Source: Acinetobacter phage BS46
Sequence record: MN276049.1
Length of the DNA: 64,000 bases
Strand: one strand, 5' to 3'
Position numbers and translations under genes: made by a program. Below are positions 38,878-49,379 of this stretch, piece by piece. Each line of letters opens with the position of its first letter. Position 1 is the stretch's first letter. The notes beneath the pieces are model-generated. The model ran no database searches, had not been told where the DNA came from, and was given only the letters and a program-made list of their open reading frames with translations.

Positions 38878-39216
38878 ATGAAAAAAGAAGTTGAACTATT
38901 GAAAGAGAATATGAAGAAGAAACGTGGTACAGGTCGAACTAGACGTATGATCTTTGAAGCTGCGCGTCAAGTATTCTTGGAAGGTAGGTCTGTTGTAATC
39001 GTAGCTAAGACAGAAGCTAGTAAAGTTGAAATAGCTTCACAAGTTACTAAATACTTTAACAAGTCAATATCGAATAATATTGACGTTAAGTCAATGGAAT
39101 ATTCTGGTGAGTATCTAAAATCTTTAGATAAAGATAAGGTTGTACTATATGACCATTATTGTTTTGAGCAGGACTTGCTTGACCTAATGGAAAAGTATAC
39201 AATGTATGATAAATAA
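38878..39216 (+). CDS. hypothetical protein
   Basis: ORF with upstream GAGG. Confidence 0.4.
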   Translation: MKKEVELLKENMKKKRGTGRTRRMIFEAARQVFLEGRSVVIVAKTEASKVEIASQVTKYFNKSISNNIDVKSMEYSGEYLKSLDKDKVVLYDHYCFEQDLLDLMEKYTMYDK

Positions 39217-39259
39217 ATTAAGGATTTAAAATGTGTGATAGAATCTTTGGAATTATCTC

Positions 39260-39499
39260 TTGGAGAGATTGATGAGTAATAAACAATATTATTATCAAGA
39301 TGAATTATACATCATTGAGAAAGATGAGATATGGGAAGAGGATTGGTACTTCTTGTATGAATACACAGTAGAGAATGGTAAGGTTAAGAAAGGTCATACA
39401 ATCAAAGCATCTACTAACCACAGTGACATTGTAGAAGCAATGAGTGTACATAACATGTATTTAAGATCAAAGGATAAAGAGAAGGAGATGAACAAATGA
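39260..39499 (+). CDS. hypothetical protein
   Basis: ORF. Confidence 0.35.
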   Translation: MERLMSNKQYYYQDELYIIEKDEIWEEDWYFLYEYTVENGKVKKGHTIKASTNHSDIVEAMSVHNMYLRSKDKEKEMNK

Positions 39500-39840
39500 A
39501 AGGACATGTGTTATTGAAAAACAAACAAGACACATTAAGAATGGTGAATGAATGCTTAGAGATTGTGTCTAATCTAAAATTAGAAGACATGAAGAAAGAA
39601 GAAGTAATTAGTTATAAGTTCTCTTGGAGAACATTGAGGTTTGAGAAGGTTGTAAAAGAGATTTATGTTAAGAATTTCTTATTACAAAAACAAGAGGAAG
39701 TTAAAGACTACTTAAAAGACTTAGTTAACATGATAATGACAGATAATGAGATATATTTATCAACAACATCATATAACGAGTTAGTTAAGTTAAGTAAAGG
39801 AGATATTGATATTAACGCTTATTGGTTATTGTATTATTAA
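39496..39840 (+). CDS. hypothetical protein
   Basis: Coupled ORF. Confidence 0.4.
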   Translation: MKGHVLLKNKQDTLRMVNECLEIVSNLKLEDMKKEEVISYKFSWRTLRFEKVVKEIYVKNFLLQKQEEVKDYLKDLVNMIMTDNEIYLSTTSYNELVKLSKGDIDINAYWLLYY

Positions 39841-40078
39841 TTATTTAGTGTTATATTAAGATAAACCAAATAAACTATAGTTTATTCGTAGCAATCATTT
39901 TAATGATTGACATTAATGTTGTTCACATAGTTCACACATTATCGTTTAAAAGAAAGTGACCAAAGAAAAATTAACTATAACATTGTCAAGAGGGTGTGTC
40001 AATATATTTAACAAAACAACAACAATTTAATTGACTTTGTTGTTAAATTGTATAAAGTGTTGACGAACAAACACTCAA
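39841..40078 (+). promoter_or_regulatory. intergenic control region with palindromes and promoter
   Basis: Perfect palindrome AATAAACTATAGTTTATT. Inverted repeats ACAACAA...TTGTTGT. Repeated GTTCACA/TGTCAA. TTGACG, 17 nt, TAATGT near 40052. Confidence 0.4.
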
Positions 40079-40405
40079 ATGATAATGTTATCTTATATGA
40101 AAGTTATGAGATTTTTTGGAGGTAGTGTGGATATACGTGAAGATTATTTGAATCAAATAGAAGACGATTGTAATAGTTTTAATTTTCATCACATTGAGTT
40201 AGTAGAGATTGGTCGTCATGCACCAATAAACCTAGTTGTGTTTCAAGTTTATGATGGGGATGATGCTGTGTACTTCGGTGCTGAAGTTGAGTCTTGGGTT
40301 TTTTATTCTGATTGTGGAGATGATTTTTCGTTTGAGGATATTGTTGATGATTTAAAACCAATTGAACATGTTGAAGTTAAAGAAATGAAATGGAGGTTTA
40401 AATGA
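40079..40405 (+). CDS. hypothetical acidic protein
   Basis: ORF. Confidence 0.4.
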   Translation: MIMLSYMKVMRFFGGSVDIREDYLNQIEDDCNSFNFHHIELVEIGRHAPINLVVFQVYDGDDAVYFGAEVESWVFYSDCGDDFSFEDIVDDLKPIEHVEVKEMKWRFK

Positions 40406-40659
40406 CAACTAATTTTTCTATTTTAATAATCGATGGTCTTGCGATTGAGTCTGTGTATGTTCGAGAACTTACTTCTGAAAGTGAGTATGACCTCTCTGAT
40501 GTTGATCAGGTTGTTGATTTTGTAGCTTATTTTCTTGGTCTCGAGAATTCAACTTTAATTATTGAAAAATATAGTCGTTTTGCTAGATATGCTAGTATAA
40601 ACTATGAAGACACGTATGGAGTAAAAGAAATTATTTTAACTTGGGAGAATTTTCAATGA
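40402..40659 (+). CDS. hypothetical protein
   Basis: Coupled ORF. Confidence 0.4.
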   Translation: MTTNFSILIIDGLAIESVYVRELTSESEYDLSDVDQVVDFVAYFLGLENSTLIIEKYSRFARYASINYEDTYGVKEIILTWENFQ

Positions 40660-40910
40660 TTGGTCAAGATATTGAGAATAAAGCTATTAATGATTTTAAA
40701 GATGCTTTATTAAAGATTAACGGAGCATTACTTAAATCTGGAACAGATACGAGTGAAGTTGTTATTATGTTACCAAAAGAAGATTGGAATTATTGGTACA
40801 CTGTGTTAAGCTATGAGAATTCAAATGCAAATAAGTTCTTTAAACCAAGTGATGAATTACCAAATGAGTTTAAACTTGCTGGGATTAAAGTTAGATCATT
40901 TAAGGGTTAA
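40641..40910 (+). CDS. hypothetical protein
   Basis: ORF. Confidence 0.4.
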   Translation: MGEFSMIGQDIENKAINDFKDALLKINGALLKSGTDTSEVVIMLPKEDWNYWYTVLSYENSNANKFFKPSDELPNEFKLAGIKVRSFKG

Positions 40911-40961
40911 TTAGTTTACGGTTTAAAAACATTATTAAATTGTGATATTGGAGGAAATATA

Positions 40962-41264
40962 GTGTATAATATTATTAAACTAACAGTTAAGAATAGATCA
41001 ACAATTAAATCTGGAAGTGTTGTTGATGTTGAGGTAAATGAAGAAGTTGTAATTCCGTATGTCAAAGGTCTTGGTTGTAAAGCATATGGTCAGTTCTTCT
41101 TGCGTAAATCCATTACAAAGCGTGGGGTAATCCAGATGGTAAATTCACCATTTCCTGAAGGTTATATCGGTAAACCGTTGGTGGTGCTAAAGAACGATGA
41201 TGTTTCTGATATTGAGCTACTAGCTGGTGATGAATTAGGTGAGTTGTGGATTTTTGATAAGTGA
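40962..41264 (+). CDS. hypothetical protein
   Basis: ORF with GGAGG upstream. Confidence 0.4.
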   Translation: MYNIIKLTVKNRSTIKSGSVVDVEVNEEVVIPYVKGLGCKAYGQFFLRKSITKRGVIQMVNSPFPEGYIGKPLVVLKNDDVSDIELLAGDELGELWIFDK

Positions 41265-41287
41265 GTTATACAGAGGTTTTATAGTTT

Positions 41288-41467
41288 ATGAATTTTACAG
41301 AGTATTTAAGTAATATTGATGATATCCTAACAGACAATGGTTTTTATATGGACACATTGGAAGAAGATGAATATAAAGAATTAGTTGCTAAATTTAAGAA
41401 ATGTTTTAAATCTGGTGTTGAAGTTGATGCTGCTGTTGATAAAGTAATGAACTGGTAATTGAAATTA
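41288..41467 (+). CDS. small hypothetical protein (59 aa), not in ORF track
   Basis: ATG at 41288, open to TAA at 41465-41467. Confidence 0.3.
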
Positions 41468-41516
41468 GAATATCTTTTAACATATAGGAGAGTGTTATGC
41501 ATTTCTCCTTTTTGTA

Positions 41517-43343
41517 TTGGAGGGAAAATTGGGTAATTGTATTGGACATCAACCATGTCCACAATGTCAATCTGAAGGTAGAGATACTAGTGGTGACAAT
41601 TTAGCAGTGTATGATGATAATTCTAAGTATTGTTTTAGTTGTGGATATAGCGAGAAAGGTGATAGTAATTTAGGGTTAAAGGAGAAAAAGTTGATCAGTT
41701 CAGAAAAAGAATTGGAAAAGTTATTAAATAAGAAATTAAGTAAAGAAGAAATTGACGCGATTGTCAAGGAAACGAGTTCTGATCCTAAAGGTTGGCGTGG
41801 ATTACAGGATCGTTATTTAAAAGGATTAGGGATTCGATTTAAGCATGATGATAGTGGTAATCCTTGTGAAATGTTAACTCCAACAACGACAACGTTGAAT
41901 GGTAAGACAGAATTTGTTGGTTTTAAATCTCGTAAATTTCCTAAAGATTTCTCAAGTCCTAAGGGGTATGTTGGTAATCTTTGTGATTTAATTGGTTATC
42001 ATAAATTTAAAAACAACAAGAGAACTCTTGTATTGGTCGAGGGCGAAGGAGATTTTGCTTCTGCTTATCAAATGTATCAAATGGATATGGAAGCTAAAGG
42101 TAAAAAATATGAAGTCCCTGCTGTTGTTTCTGTAGTTAACGGTATTAGTTCTCTTATTAAGTTGTTTAAAGAAAATGATAATAACTTTAAATTCTTTAAA
42201 CAATTCGAACGAGTAGTTATTGCCGTTGATAACGATGAGGTTTCAAATAAGATAGTTGCAGAGTTTATTGAGCAGATGCCACGAGAGACACTTTATCGGG
42301 CTACATTGCGATATAAAGATGCTAATGATTATTTGACACGAGGTGCTATCAATGAGTGGGTAAATGACACTTATTGGAATCCTACTCCTTGTTCTGTTGC
42401 TAGTATTGCTGGTAGTAATGATTGGTTGTCAGATGCTAAAGAAGAGTTGACAACACCACGATTATTATTACCACCATTCATGCAAGGTGTTAATGCTGCA
42501 ACACGAGGTGGTTTACCAATGGGAAGATATGTTATCTTTGCTGGTGCTAGTTCGATTGGTAAGACGGTTTTTGTTAACTCTATGATCTACGATTGGATTA
42601 TTCAAGACACACACCGAATTGGTGTTGTCAGTTTGGAATTGTCAAGAGGTCAATATTATGTTGAGATGTTGTCTCGTCATATTGGAGTAAACATTGACGA
42701 TATTGATGACAATAATGAGCGAGCTGTACTACTTGATAATGTAGATGTTGTTGATCGTGGTAATGAATTATTCATGCGTGAAGATGGTACAAGTCGTTTC
42801 CATGTTGTTGATGATCGTGACGGAAGTATTGCTAAGATTCAAGAGTTGTGTGAAGAGCTTGTTCTTAAACACAATATTGATGTTTTAATTCTTGATCCAA
42901 TCAGTGATTTAACACAAAGACTTGACAACCAACAACAAGTAGTGTTTAATAGCTGGATTAAATCATTTATTAAAAAACACAACGTGTTAATTGTTGGTAT
43001 TAGTCATGTTAAGAAAGGTGACAAGAACTACGATAATGGTGATATTCCAGATGAAGGTGATCTAATTGGTAGTTACTCTGGTGCTTCTTCTGCTGCTGCA
43101 ATTTTCTTCTTGAGTCGTAATAAGATGAGTAATGATTTGGTTGAACGAAACACTACATTAGTTACAACTCCAAAGATTCGTTGGACTGGTAGAACAGGTG
43201 TAGTTGATAGAGTTTTCTTTGATCATACAACTAGACGCTTAATCAATTATAAAGATTATATGTCTGGAGATTATGTTCGAACTACAGAAACAGAAGAAAA
43301 GTCAGAAGATAATGAGACAAAGAAAGAAGTTATAGATTTTTAA
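41517..43343 (+). CDS. DNA primase-helicase (zinc-binding primase domain plus DnaB-like helicase)
   Basis: N-terminal CPQC...CFSCG zinc motif. Walker A GASSIGKT in the C-terminal half. Acidic C-terminal tail. Confidence 0.75.
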   Translation: MEGKLGNCIGHQPCPQCQSEGRDTSGDNLAVYDDNSKYCFSCGYSEKGDSNLGLKEKKLISSEKELEKLLNKKLSKEEIDAIVKETSSDPKGWRGLQDRYLKGLGIRFKHDDSGNPCEMLTPTTTTLNGKTEFVGFKSRKFPKDFSSPKGYVGNLCDLIGYHKFKNNKRTLVLVEGEGDFASAYQMYQMDMEAKGKKYEVPAVVSVVNGISSLIKLFKENDNNFKFFKQFERVVIAVDNDEVSNKIVAEFIEQMPRETLYRATLRYKDANDYLTRGAINEWVNDTYWNPTPCSVASIAGSNDWLSDAKEELTTPRLLLPPFMQGVNAATRGGLPMGRYVIFAGASSIGKTVFVNSMIYDWIIQDTHRIGVVSLELSRGQYYVEMLSRHIGVNIDDIDDNNERAVLLDNVDVVDRGNELFMREDGTSRFHVVDDRDGSIAKIQELCEELVLKHNIDVLILDPISDLTQRLDNQQQVVFNSWIKSFIKKHNVLIVGISHVKKGDKNYDNGDIPDEGDLIGSYSGASSAAAIFFLSRNKMSNDLVERNTTLVTTPKIRWTGRTGVVDRVFFDHTTRRLINYKDYMSGDYVRTTETEEKSEDNETKKEVIDF

Positions 43344-43348
43344 TATTC

Positions 43349-43376
43349 ATGAGAGCTTCGGCTCTCATATTTTAGG
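43349..43376 (+). terminator. intrinsic terminator
   Basis: ATGAGAGC-TTCG-GCTCTCAT then ATTTT. Confidence 0.6.
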
Positions 43377-43386
43377 AGGATATTTA

Positions 43387-45579
43387 GTGGGTAAGTTTTT
43401 TAAAAATGATTGGCTGTACGATATTGAAGTTTACCCGAACATTTGTACATTTGCATTCAAGGAAGCGGAAACAAATCGAAAGTTATTATTCGAGATTTCA
43501 AAGCGAAGAAATGATTTAGATGATTTTTTGGAATTTTGTAGAGAAAGTGTGAGAAATGAATATAGATGGGTAGGGTTCAATAATCTAGGGTTTGATTATC
43601 CAGTTATACATTGGATTTTACTTAAAGCTTCGTCCGCTAAATCATCTAGAGAAAAACTAAAACTTACTGCTAATCAGATTTATAAATACGCAATGAAGGT
43701 TATTGATAGTAAACGTGATGGTCAGTTTGGTATTAACATTAAATCTGAAGATTGTTTAATTATACAATTAGATTTATTTAAGATCAACCATTATGATAAT
43801 AAAGCTAAGATGACCTCGTTGAAGTTATTAGAATTTAATATGCGTTTGGACAATATTAGTGATTTACCATTCCCTGTAGGTAAAACTTTAACATCAGAAG
43901 AGATGGATACATTAATTGAATATAACTTCTCAGATGTTGATGCTACACATATTTTTTATGAGTTGAATTATGATGCTATTAAATTTCGATCTGAATTAAC
44001 AGAAAAATACGGGTTTGATTGTACAAATTTAAATGATTCGAATATTGGAGAACAGTTCTTTATTCGTAAGATTGAAGCAGAAAATCCTAATGCATTTTAT
44101 GATTATGATATTGTTTCTGGAAAGAAGATTAAGAAACAAACTAAACGACCATTTGTTCGAATTGGAGATTGTTTGTTTGATTATCTGAAGTTTCAAACTA
44201 AAGAAATGCAAGCTTTACATGCATGGTTTAAGAAGCAAGTAATTACTGAGACGAAGGGTGTATTTAGTGATATCGAAGAACACGATCTTGGTGAGCTTGC
44301 TAATTACTGCGAGTTGGTTACAAAAGAGGTTAAGTTTAAAACAGAACCAACAGAACAGGAAAAAGAAGAGTTTTTGAAAGCTCATCCTATGGGGTGGTTT
44401 GAAGTTCGTGAACTTAAAGCAATGGAGACATTGAAAGATGAAAATGGTAATCCAGTAAAAGAATCTTATGTTGACGATAAGGGTAAAACTAAAGAGCGTG
44501 TAGTGAAGGTCCATAAAAAGGCTTTTTACGGCTGTTATAGGCTTGCTGATACACTCAATGTGGTGTTAGGTGGTATGAGGATTGATTACGGTGTAGGAGG
44601 GCTTCACGGGGCTGTACAAGGACATCATAAAAAGACAGCAGACAAGAGAATTAAATCTTGGGATGTTGCCTCAATGTATCCTAATATTGCAATTGCAAAT
44701 AGAGTTTATCCTGAACATCTTGATGAAACTTTCTGTGATAGTTATGAAGATTTTTATAATGAACGTAAGAAGTTTCCTAAAGGTACAGGTGAGAATTTGG
44801 CAATTAAACTTGGCTTGAACTGCGTGTACGGTAAGTCTAATAGTGAGTTTAGTTGTTTCTACGATACAGCATATACAATGAAGATTACTGTAAATGGACA
44901 GTTAACGTTATCTATGCTTTTAGAAAGACTTATTATTGATTGTAATGTAAAACCTCTTATGGCTAACACAGATGGTTTTGAGGTATTGATTGATAATGAT
45001 CAAATTGAAAAAGCTGATTCAATTGTAACACGTTGGGAAAAATACGTAGGATTACAAATGGAAGCTGTTGAATACTCAGATATGTTTATTCGAGATGTAA
45101 ACAACTATACAGCAGTATATGTTAATGGTGATATTAAGCAGAAAGGTGCTTATGAATATAAACCATTCTTGAGTAAAGATTTGGGAATGATGCATAAAAA
45201 CCATTCAGCAATTATTGTACCAATGGCAGTTGAACATGAGTTAATGGGTAAAGGCAGTGCTGAAGATTTTATTCGAAGTCATAAAGATAAGTTTGATTTT
45301 ATGTTGAGAGCGAAAGTTCCACGTAACTCAAAATTGGTTCTTGAAATTGATGGTGAGGATATTGAGCAGCAAAATATCTGTCGCTACTACGTTTCTGAAG
45401 AAGGTGGTTATTTAACAAAAATTATGCCACCATTACATGAAGGTGGTGAGGATAGACGTATGAGTATTGAGAGTGGTATTAAAGTAAAGACATGTAATGA
45501 TATTAATGATTTCAAATGGGATATTAATTACAGTTATTATATTGAACAAGCAGATAAGTTGCTTGAATTTTTTCGTTAA
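43387..45579 (+). CDS. family B DNA polymerase with 3'-5' exonuclease domain
   Basis: Exo I YDIEVYPN, Exo II FNNLGFDYPV, Exo III YNFSDVDATH. Motif A DVASMYPN, motif B KLGLNCVYGKSN, motif C ANTDGF. Confidence 0.8.
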   Translation: MGKFFKNDWLYDIEVYPNICTFAFKEAETNRKLLFEISKRRNDLDDFLEFCRESVRNEYRWVGFNNLGFDYPVIHWILLKASSAKSSREKLKLTANQIYKYAMKVIDSKRDGQFGINIKSEDCLIIQLDLFKINHYDNKAKMTSLKLLEFNMRLDNISDLPFPVGKTLTSEEMDTLIEYNFSDVDATHIFYELNYDAIKFRSELTEKYGFDCTNLNDSNIGEQFFIRKIEAENPNAFYDYDIVSGKKIKKQTKRPFVRIGDCLFDYLKFQTKEMQALHAWFKKQVITETKGVFSDIEEHDLGELANYCELVTKEVKFKTEPTEQEKEEFLKAHPMGWFEVRELKAMETLKDENGNPVKESYVDDKGKTKERVVKVHKKAFYGCYRLADTLNVVLGGMRIDYGVGGLHGAVQGHHKKTADKRIKSWDVASMYPNIAIANRVYPEHLDETFCDSYEDFYNERKKFPKGTGENLAIKLGLNCVYGKSNSEFSCFYDTAYTMKITVNGQLTLSMLLERLIIDCNVKPLMANTDGFEVLIDNDQIEKADSIVTRWEKYVGLQMEAVEYSDMFIRDVNNYTAVYVNGDIKQKGAYEYKPFLSKDLGMMHKNHSAIIVPMAVEHELMGKGSAEDFIRSHKDKFDFMLRAKVPRNSKLVLEIDGEDIEQQNICRYYVSEEGGYLTKIMPPLHEGGEDRRMSIESGIKVKTCNDINDFKWDINYSYYIEQADKLLEFFR

Positions 45580-45591
45580 AGGAGAGTTAAT

Positions 45592-46617
45592 ATGAAATAT
45601 AAAAAAGGTGATAAAGTAGAGGTTGTAGAGTTTCTTAGTTCTACAGCAGCAAGTTATGGGGTTAAAATCGGTGATATTGGTGTTGTAGCTATTGCATATG
45701 ATGTTGGTGATGGTGTTCCGTATTTTGTGAAGTTAGATGCTATCAAAACTGGTAGTAATGGTTTATGGTTTAGTGAAGAGGGTATTAAATTGGTTAAAGA
45801 AGATGGTGTTGAAAAGAAAGTTGGTGAGCTGAAAGCTGGTGATAAAGTTATTTTAACTAATGCTCGTGCTGATAATGCAAGATATTATAATTTAAAAGAA
45901 GGTATCAAAGGTACTGTACGTGAAAATGATGGTGGTACTTATAAACCTATTCTTGTTGACTTTGAGGAGGCTTCAATTTGGGTTGATGCTGGTGATTTAC
46001 AATTAGATGTTGTAGTTGAAAAAGAGAAAATTGAAACTGGTGATATTGTAAGTATTATTTCTAAGGAAAAGACCACTGATAAGTACGGTTGGTCCTGTCT
46101 TATGAAGCAGGTCGGAGAATCAATGAAAGTTGATGGTATTTATGGTGTGACTGTTGAGAATGGTATTTTTAAATATCATATTGACGATCTTGTTCTGCTT
46201 CGTAAAAGTAATGATGTTGATGAGTCTCACACAGAAAATCAAGACAAACCAGTAGACGATGCAGTTAATAAACCTAAACACTACACTTCAGATGAGAGTG
46301 GTGTTGAATGTATTGATATTACAAAGAATATGTCTTTTGTTTACGGTAATGTTTTAAAATATTGTTGGAGAGTTGGTAAGAAAGACGATGATGTTCAAGA
46401 GCTGAGCAAAGCTCTTTGGTACTCTGAGTTTGGTATTAACAATAACATTCCAATCTTTATTAGTGAAACATCTCTTGAGGATGAGAAGAATATACACAAA
46501 GTGTTAAAATTCTCAAAAGGGTGGAAGTACGTATTGTTAAATGCTATTTATTGGAATGACAAAGAAGAAGTAAATCGTGCAGTAAAAGGGCTTCTTGAGG
46601 ATATTAACATTTCTTAA
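45592..46617 (+). CDS. protein with C-terminal DUF3310-like region
   Basis: C-terminal KPKHYTSDESGVECIDIT...GNVLKYCWRVGKKDD resembles the DUF3310 signature. Confidence 0.4.
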   Translation: MKYKKGDKVEVVEFLSSTAASYGVKIGDIGVVAIAYDVGDGVPYFVKLDAIKTGSNGLWFSEEGIKLVKEDGVEKKVGELKAGDKVILTNARADNARYYNLKEGIKGTVRENDGGTYKPILVDFEEASIWVDAGDLQLDVVVEKEKIETGDIVSIISKEKTTDKYGWSCLMKQVGESMKVDGIYGVTVENGIFKYHIDDLVLLRKSNDVDESHTENQDKPVDDAVNKPKHYTSDESGVECIDITKNMSFVYGNVLKYCWRVGKKDDDVQELSKALWYSEFGINNNIPIFISETSLEDEKNIHKVLKFSKGWKYVLLNAIYWNDKEEVNRAVKGLLEDINIS

Positions 46618-46628
46618 CATTGTTATTG

Positions 46629-46657
46629 TTGACAAGGGAATTTATGTTTGCAATAAT
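46629..46657 (+). promoter_or_regulatory. sigma70-like promoter starting a 0.7-kb noncoding leader
   Basis: TTGACA, 17 nt, AATAAT. Confidence 0.45.
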
Positions 46658-46849
46658 ACTTATCTAGATTGATCGAATCTGTAGGCGATACAGCATGGCA
46701 ATATGTGGTCAGATAGTATATAAGGCGGTTGCTGCAAGCCTTGCACTTAAAATTCTGACATGCAACTATTCGCACGTTGCCGATCAATCTATTAAACAAG
46801 TGATTTATTCTGTATAGAGGATTGCTTAGGCGGTCGGTTGCTTGTTTTG

Positions 46850-46888
46850 ACTGCTAGGAATAGACTAGCAAACTTAGAGAAGTGAATA
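46850..46888 (+). repeat. 39-nt element (copy 2), identical to 7497..7535
   Basis: Exact match. Partner block GTTCACTTCATCTAAGTTTA at 47005-47026. Partial third copy CTGACTGATAGGAATAGACTA near 47232. Confidence 0.85.
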
Positions 46889-47341
46889 GCTTAGGTGCTA
46901 GAATATTGCAGTTCACATTACAATATTGAATTAATTACTCAATCGGTTAATGTGGCGGTGGGATTGATCAACCATTGTAAAATACTGTTGTATTGGTGAG
47001 TTAGATTCTCCCATGTTCACTTCATCTAAGTTTAAATTAAACTGATGATCACGTAGCTTTCGGCGTAACTAAAACCGTTGGGTTATGAAACGTTAAGTAC
47101 AAGATATTCTCGAAAGTCCAAACGCCTTGAGCGATATTACGAGATGGTGACGGGAACAATGAAAGGACAACCCCAACCCCCTACTTGCAATGTGGTATTA
47201 GCGTCAAGTCAAAATGACAAAGTGCAAGATTGTAGACTGACTGATAGGAATAGACTATCACTTTCACAATTAAAAAACGCATAAAGCGTCTATTAATATT
47301 TAAAATAAAACACAAAGAGTGTAATAATAGGAGTAAATAAA

Positions 47342-48358
47342 ATGGCTTTTAACGCATACAATACATCTACAAGTTCAGAAACTAAACCAAAAGTAACTGT
47401 CAATTTCGAAGCGCTCAATCAATACGTTATAGATACAGCAGAGTGTGAACAACCAGAAACTTTAACTGGTGTAATTTCTGCAATCGTTGATTTAGGTAAT
47501 CAAAAACAACCTGACTCAGAATATGATGTTGATGCTGGTGATGAGAATTTAACTGTTGAAGAGTTAATGGAGAAGTATAAAGATCAATTAGCATCTAACT
47601 TCCCTGATGATGAACAGTACGGTAAAATTACTAAATTCGCTAAAGCTTACGATGGTCAAAAGAAAGATTGGATTATTAAGAAATTTGTAAAGCAGAAAGA
47701 TCGTCAATCGGTTGCATTTGCTGTTGATTTCCCATCTATCCAATTAGATAAAGGTAAGTTCTTCGGTGATGATTCTGGTGAAACTAAACCATTGCGTTTA
47801 TGGTCTGGTGGTCAATTCTATAATCCTTTCCAAAAGAAAATGATTATTCAAAACCTTTTACCTTTGAAGGTTACAAACATTTCAAAAGTTGATGGTGAAA
47901 AGGTTTGGTCACTTAATCCAAAATCTGTTTTACATAAAATGGCAGTAGCAGCTAAGATTATCAAGCAAGAGGAAGCTTTCCTTCCACAAGACATTGATAA
48001 ACTTCTTGGTAAGACATTGCAATTTAAAGTTCAGATTAAGAACACAATTGGTAAAGATGGTAAGAAGTATTACACAGAGAAAATGTCTTTTGTTGGTGCT
48101 TTAGGTCGTGGTCAAAAAGAAGAGAGTGTTGATAAAGTACATTTGATTCAGTTTGATGAGGTTAACGATCAGGAGTCTTTGAAAGAATTACGTAAGCATG
48201 TAATCAATACAATTGAGAATGCTACTAACTTTGAAGGAAGTGCTATTCAAGCTCAATTACTTGAAGTTCGTCCTCAGTCTTTTATGAAGAAAGAGGAAGT
48301 TAAAGTTAAAGAGTCTGTTTTTACTGATGAAGATTTGGATGATAGTCTGCCATTCTAA
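47342..48358 (+). CDS. hypothetical protein (possibly DNA-binding/recombination-associated)
   Basis: 338-aa ORF with AGGAG RBS after a long leader; no confident motif. Confidence 0.4.
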   Translation: MAFNAYNTSTSSETKPKVTVNFEALNQYVIDTAECEQPETLTGVISAIVDLGNQKQPDSEYDVDAGDENLTVEELMEKYKDQLASNFPDDEQYGKITKFAKAYDGQKKDWIIKKFVKQKDRQSVAFAVDFPSIQLDKGKFFGDDSGETKPLRLWSGGQFYNPFQKKMIIQNLLPLKVTNISKVDGEKVWSLNPKSVLHKMAVAAKIIKQEEAFLPQDIDKLLGKTLQFKVQIKNTIGKDGKKYYTEKMSFVGALGRGQKEESVDKVHLIQFDEVNDQESLKELRKHVINTIENATNFEGSAIQAQLLEVRPQSFMKKEEVKVKESVFTDEDLDDSLPF

Positions 48359-48426
48359 TTTGAACAATAATCTTAAATAAGGGGCACAAGGCCCCTTCCT
48401 AAGTAATTATATTAAGGAGATAAGTT

Positions 48427-48654
48427 TTGATTAGTCGTAACGGTATTGAGTTGACTGTAGGGTTGAAGGTTTTGGTTCTTCGAACACCTATAAAAAATCA
48501 ACACGAGTTTTATGAAGGGGTGATCACCAAACTAACAGATAAACAAGTTGTTGTTGAGGGTAAAGGACAGCAGCATAAATGGAGGTATGGTGGTGACGAT
48601 AAGGAAAGTACGTTTGAGTACAAGCGTTATCCAGAACAAGTAATCGTAATCTGA
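48427..48654 (+). CDS. hypothetical protein
   Basis: ORF after GGAG. Confidence 0.4.
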   Translation: MISRNGIELTVGLKVLVLRTPIKNQHEFYEGVITKLTDKQVVVEGKGQQHKWRYGGDDKESTFEYKRYPEQVIVI

Positions 48655-48664
48655 GGAGAAATAA

Positions 48665-48817
48665 ATGACTAAAGTAATTAAAATTGGAATGCTAACTTTA
48701 GATATGGGTAGTGTTTCTGATGCAATTTATGTAAACACAAAGAAAGCTGATCAATTTAATACAGCTTTACAGTTTGCAACATATCAAGCATCATTTGAGA
48801 AAAAGAAAGCTAAATAG
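48665..48817 (+). CDS. small hypothetical protein (50 aa), not in ORF track
   Basis: GAGGAGAAATAA ATG strong RBS. Confidence 0.4.
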   Translation: MTKVIKIGMLTLDMGSVSDAIYVNTKKADQFNTALQFATYQASFEKKKAK

Positions 48818-48828
48818 TTTGGTGTATT

Positions 48829-49182
48829 ATGAATGATGATGTAGATGATGAGTTTGTAGAGGAAATTGATACAGTTGAAGACGAGGATGATCTAAAGGAT
48901 TTATCTACATATGAAAGAGCAAAACTTGCTCGTAAAGCTGTTCAACATCGAAGGTTTTTTGTTACTCTGAGAAGTAAGCAAATTTACAGATCATTTAGAA
49001 AGACAATCAAGAAAGATCTGGACGATTTTACAGAAGATGAAATGTTAACAATATTTCGTGTTGTTGCTGATGCTTTGAATATGAAGAATCCTGATCTTAA
49101 CTTACAAGCATATCGACATATGAGAGCAAGAGTTGAGCGAGCTTATAATCGTCAGAAACAGCTTTTAGGGAGAACTAAATAG
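48829..49182 (+). CDS. hypothetical protein with acidic N-terminus
   Basis: ORF. Confidence 0.4.
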   Translation: MNDDVDDEFVEEIDTVEDEDDLKDLSTYERAKLARKAVQHRRFFVTLRSKQIYRSFRKTIKKDLDDFTEDEMLTIFRVVADALNMKNPDLNLQAYRHMRARVERAYNRQKQLLGRTK

Positions 49183-49379
49183 TGTCACAAGTAAATAACA
49201 ATACAAATCATGGTGGTATCGGTTTTGTTGGTTTGTTAACAATTGTATTTATTACGCTGAAGTTAACAGGTGTTATTACATGGTCATGGTGGTTGGTATT
49301 TTTACCTATGATCATTTCTTTTGGTTTGTGGTTAATTATCATGTTATGTGTGTTGATTTATTTAGCATCTAAAAAATGA
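49182..49379 (+). CDS. small membrane protein (2 TM)
   Basis: Two hydrophobic helices. Confidence 0.4.
   Translation: MSQVNNNTNHGGIGFVGLLTIVFITLKLTGVITWSWWLVFLPMIISFGLWLIIMLCVLIYLASKK

Noticed and set aside
47078-47284. 68-aa ORF within the long noncoding leader
   Set aside because: No Shine-Dalgarno, spans the conserved repeat element, and its translation has odd composition; more likely noncoding RNA sequence.
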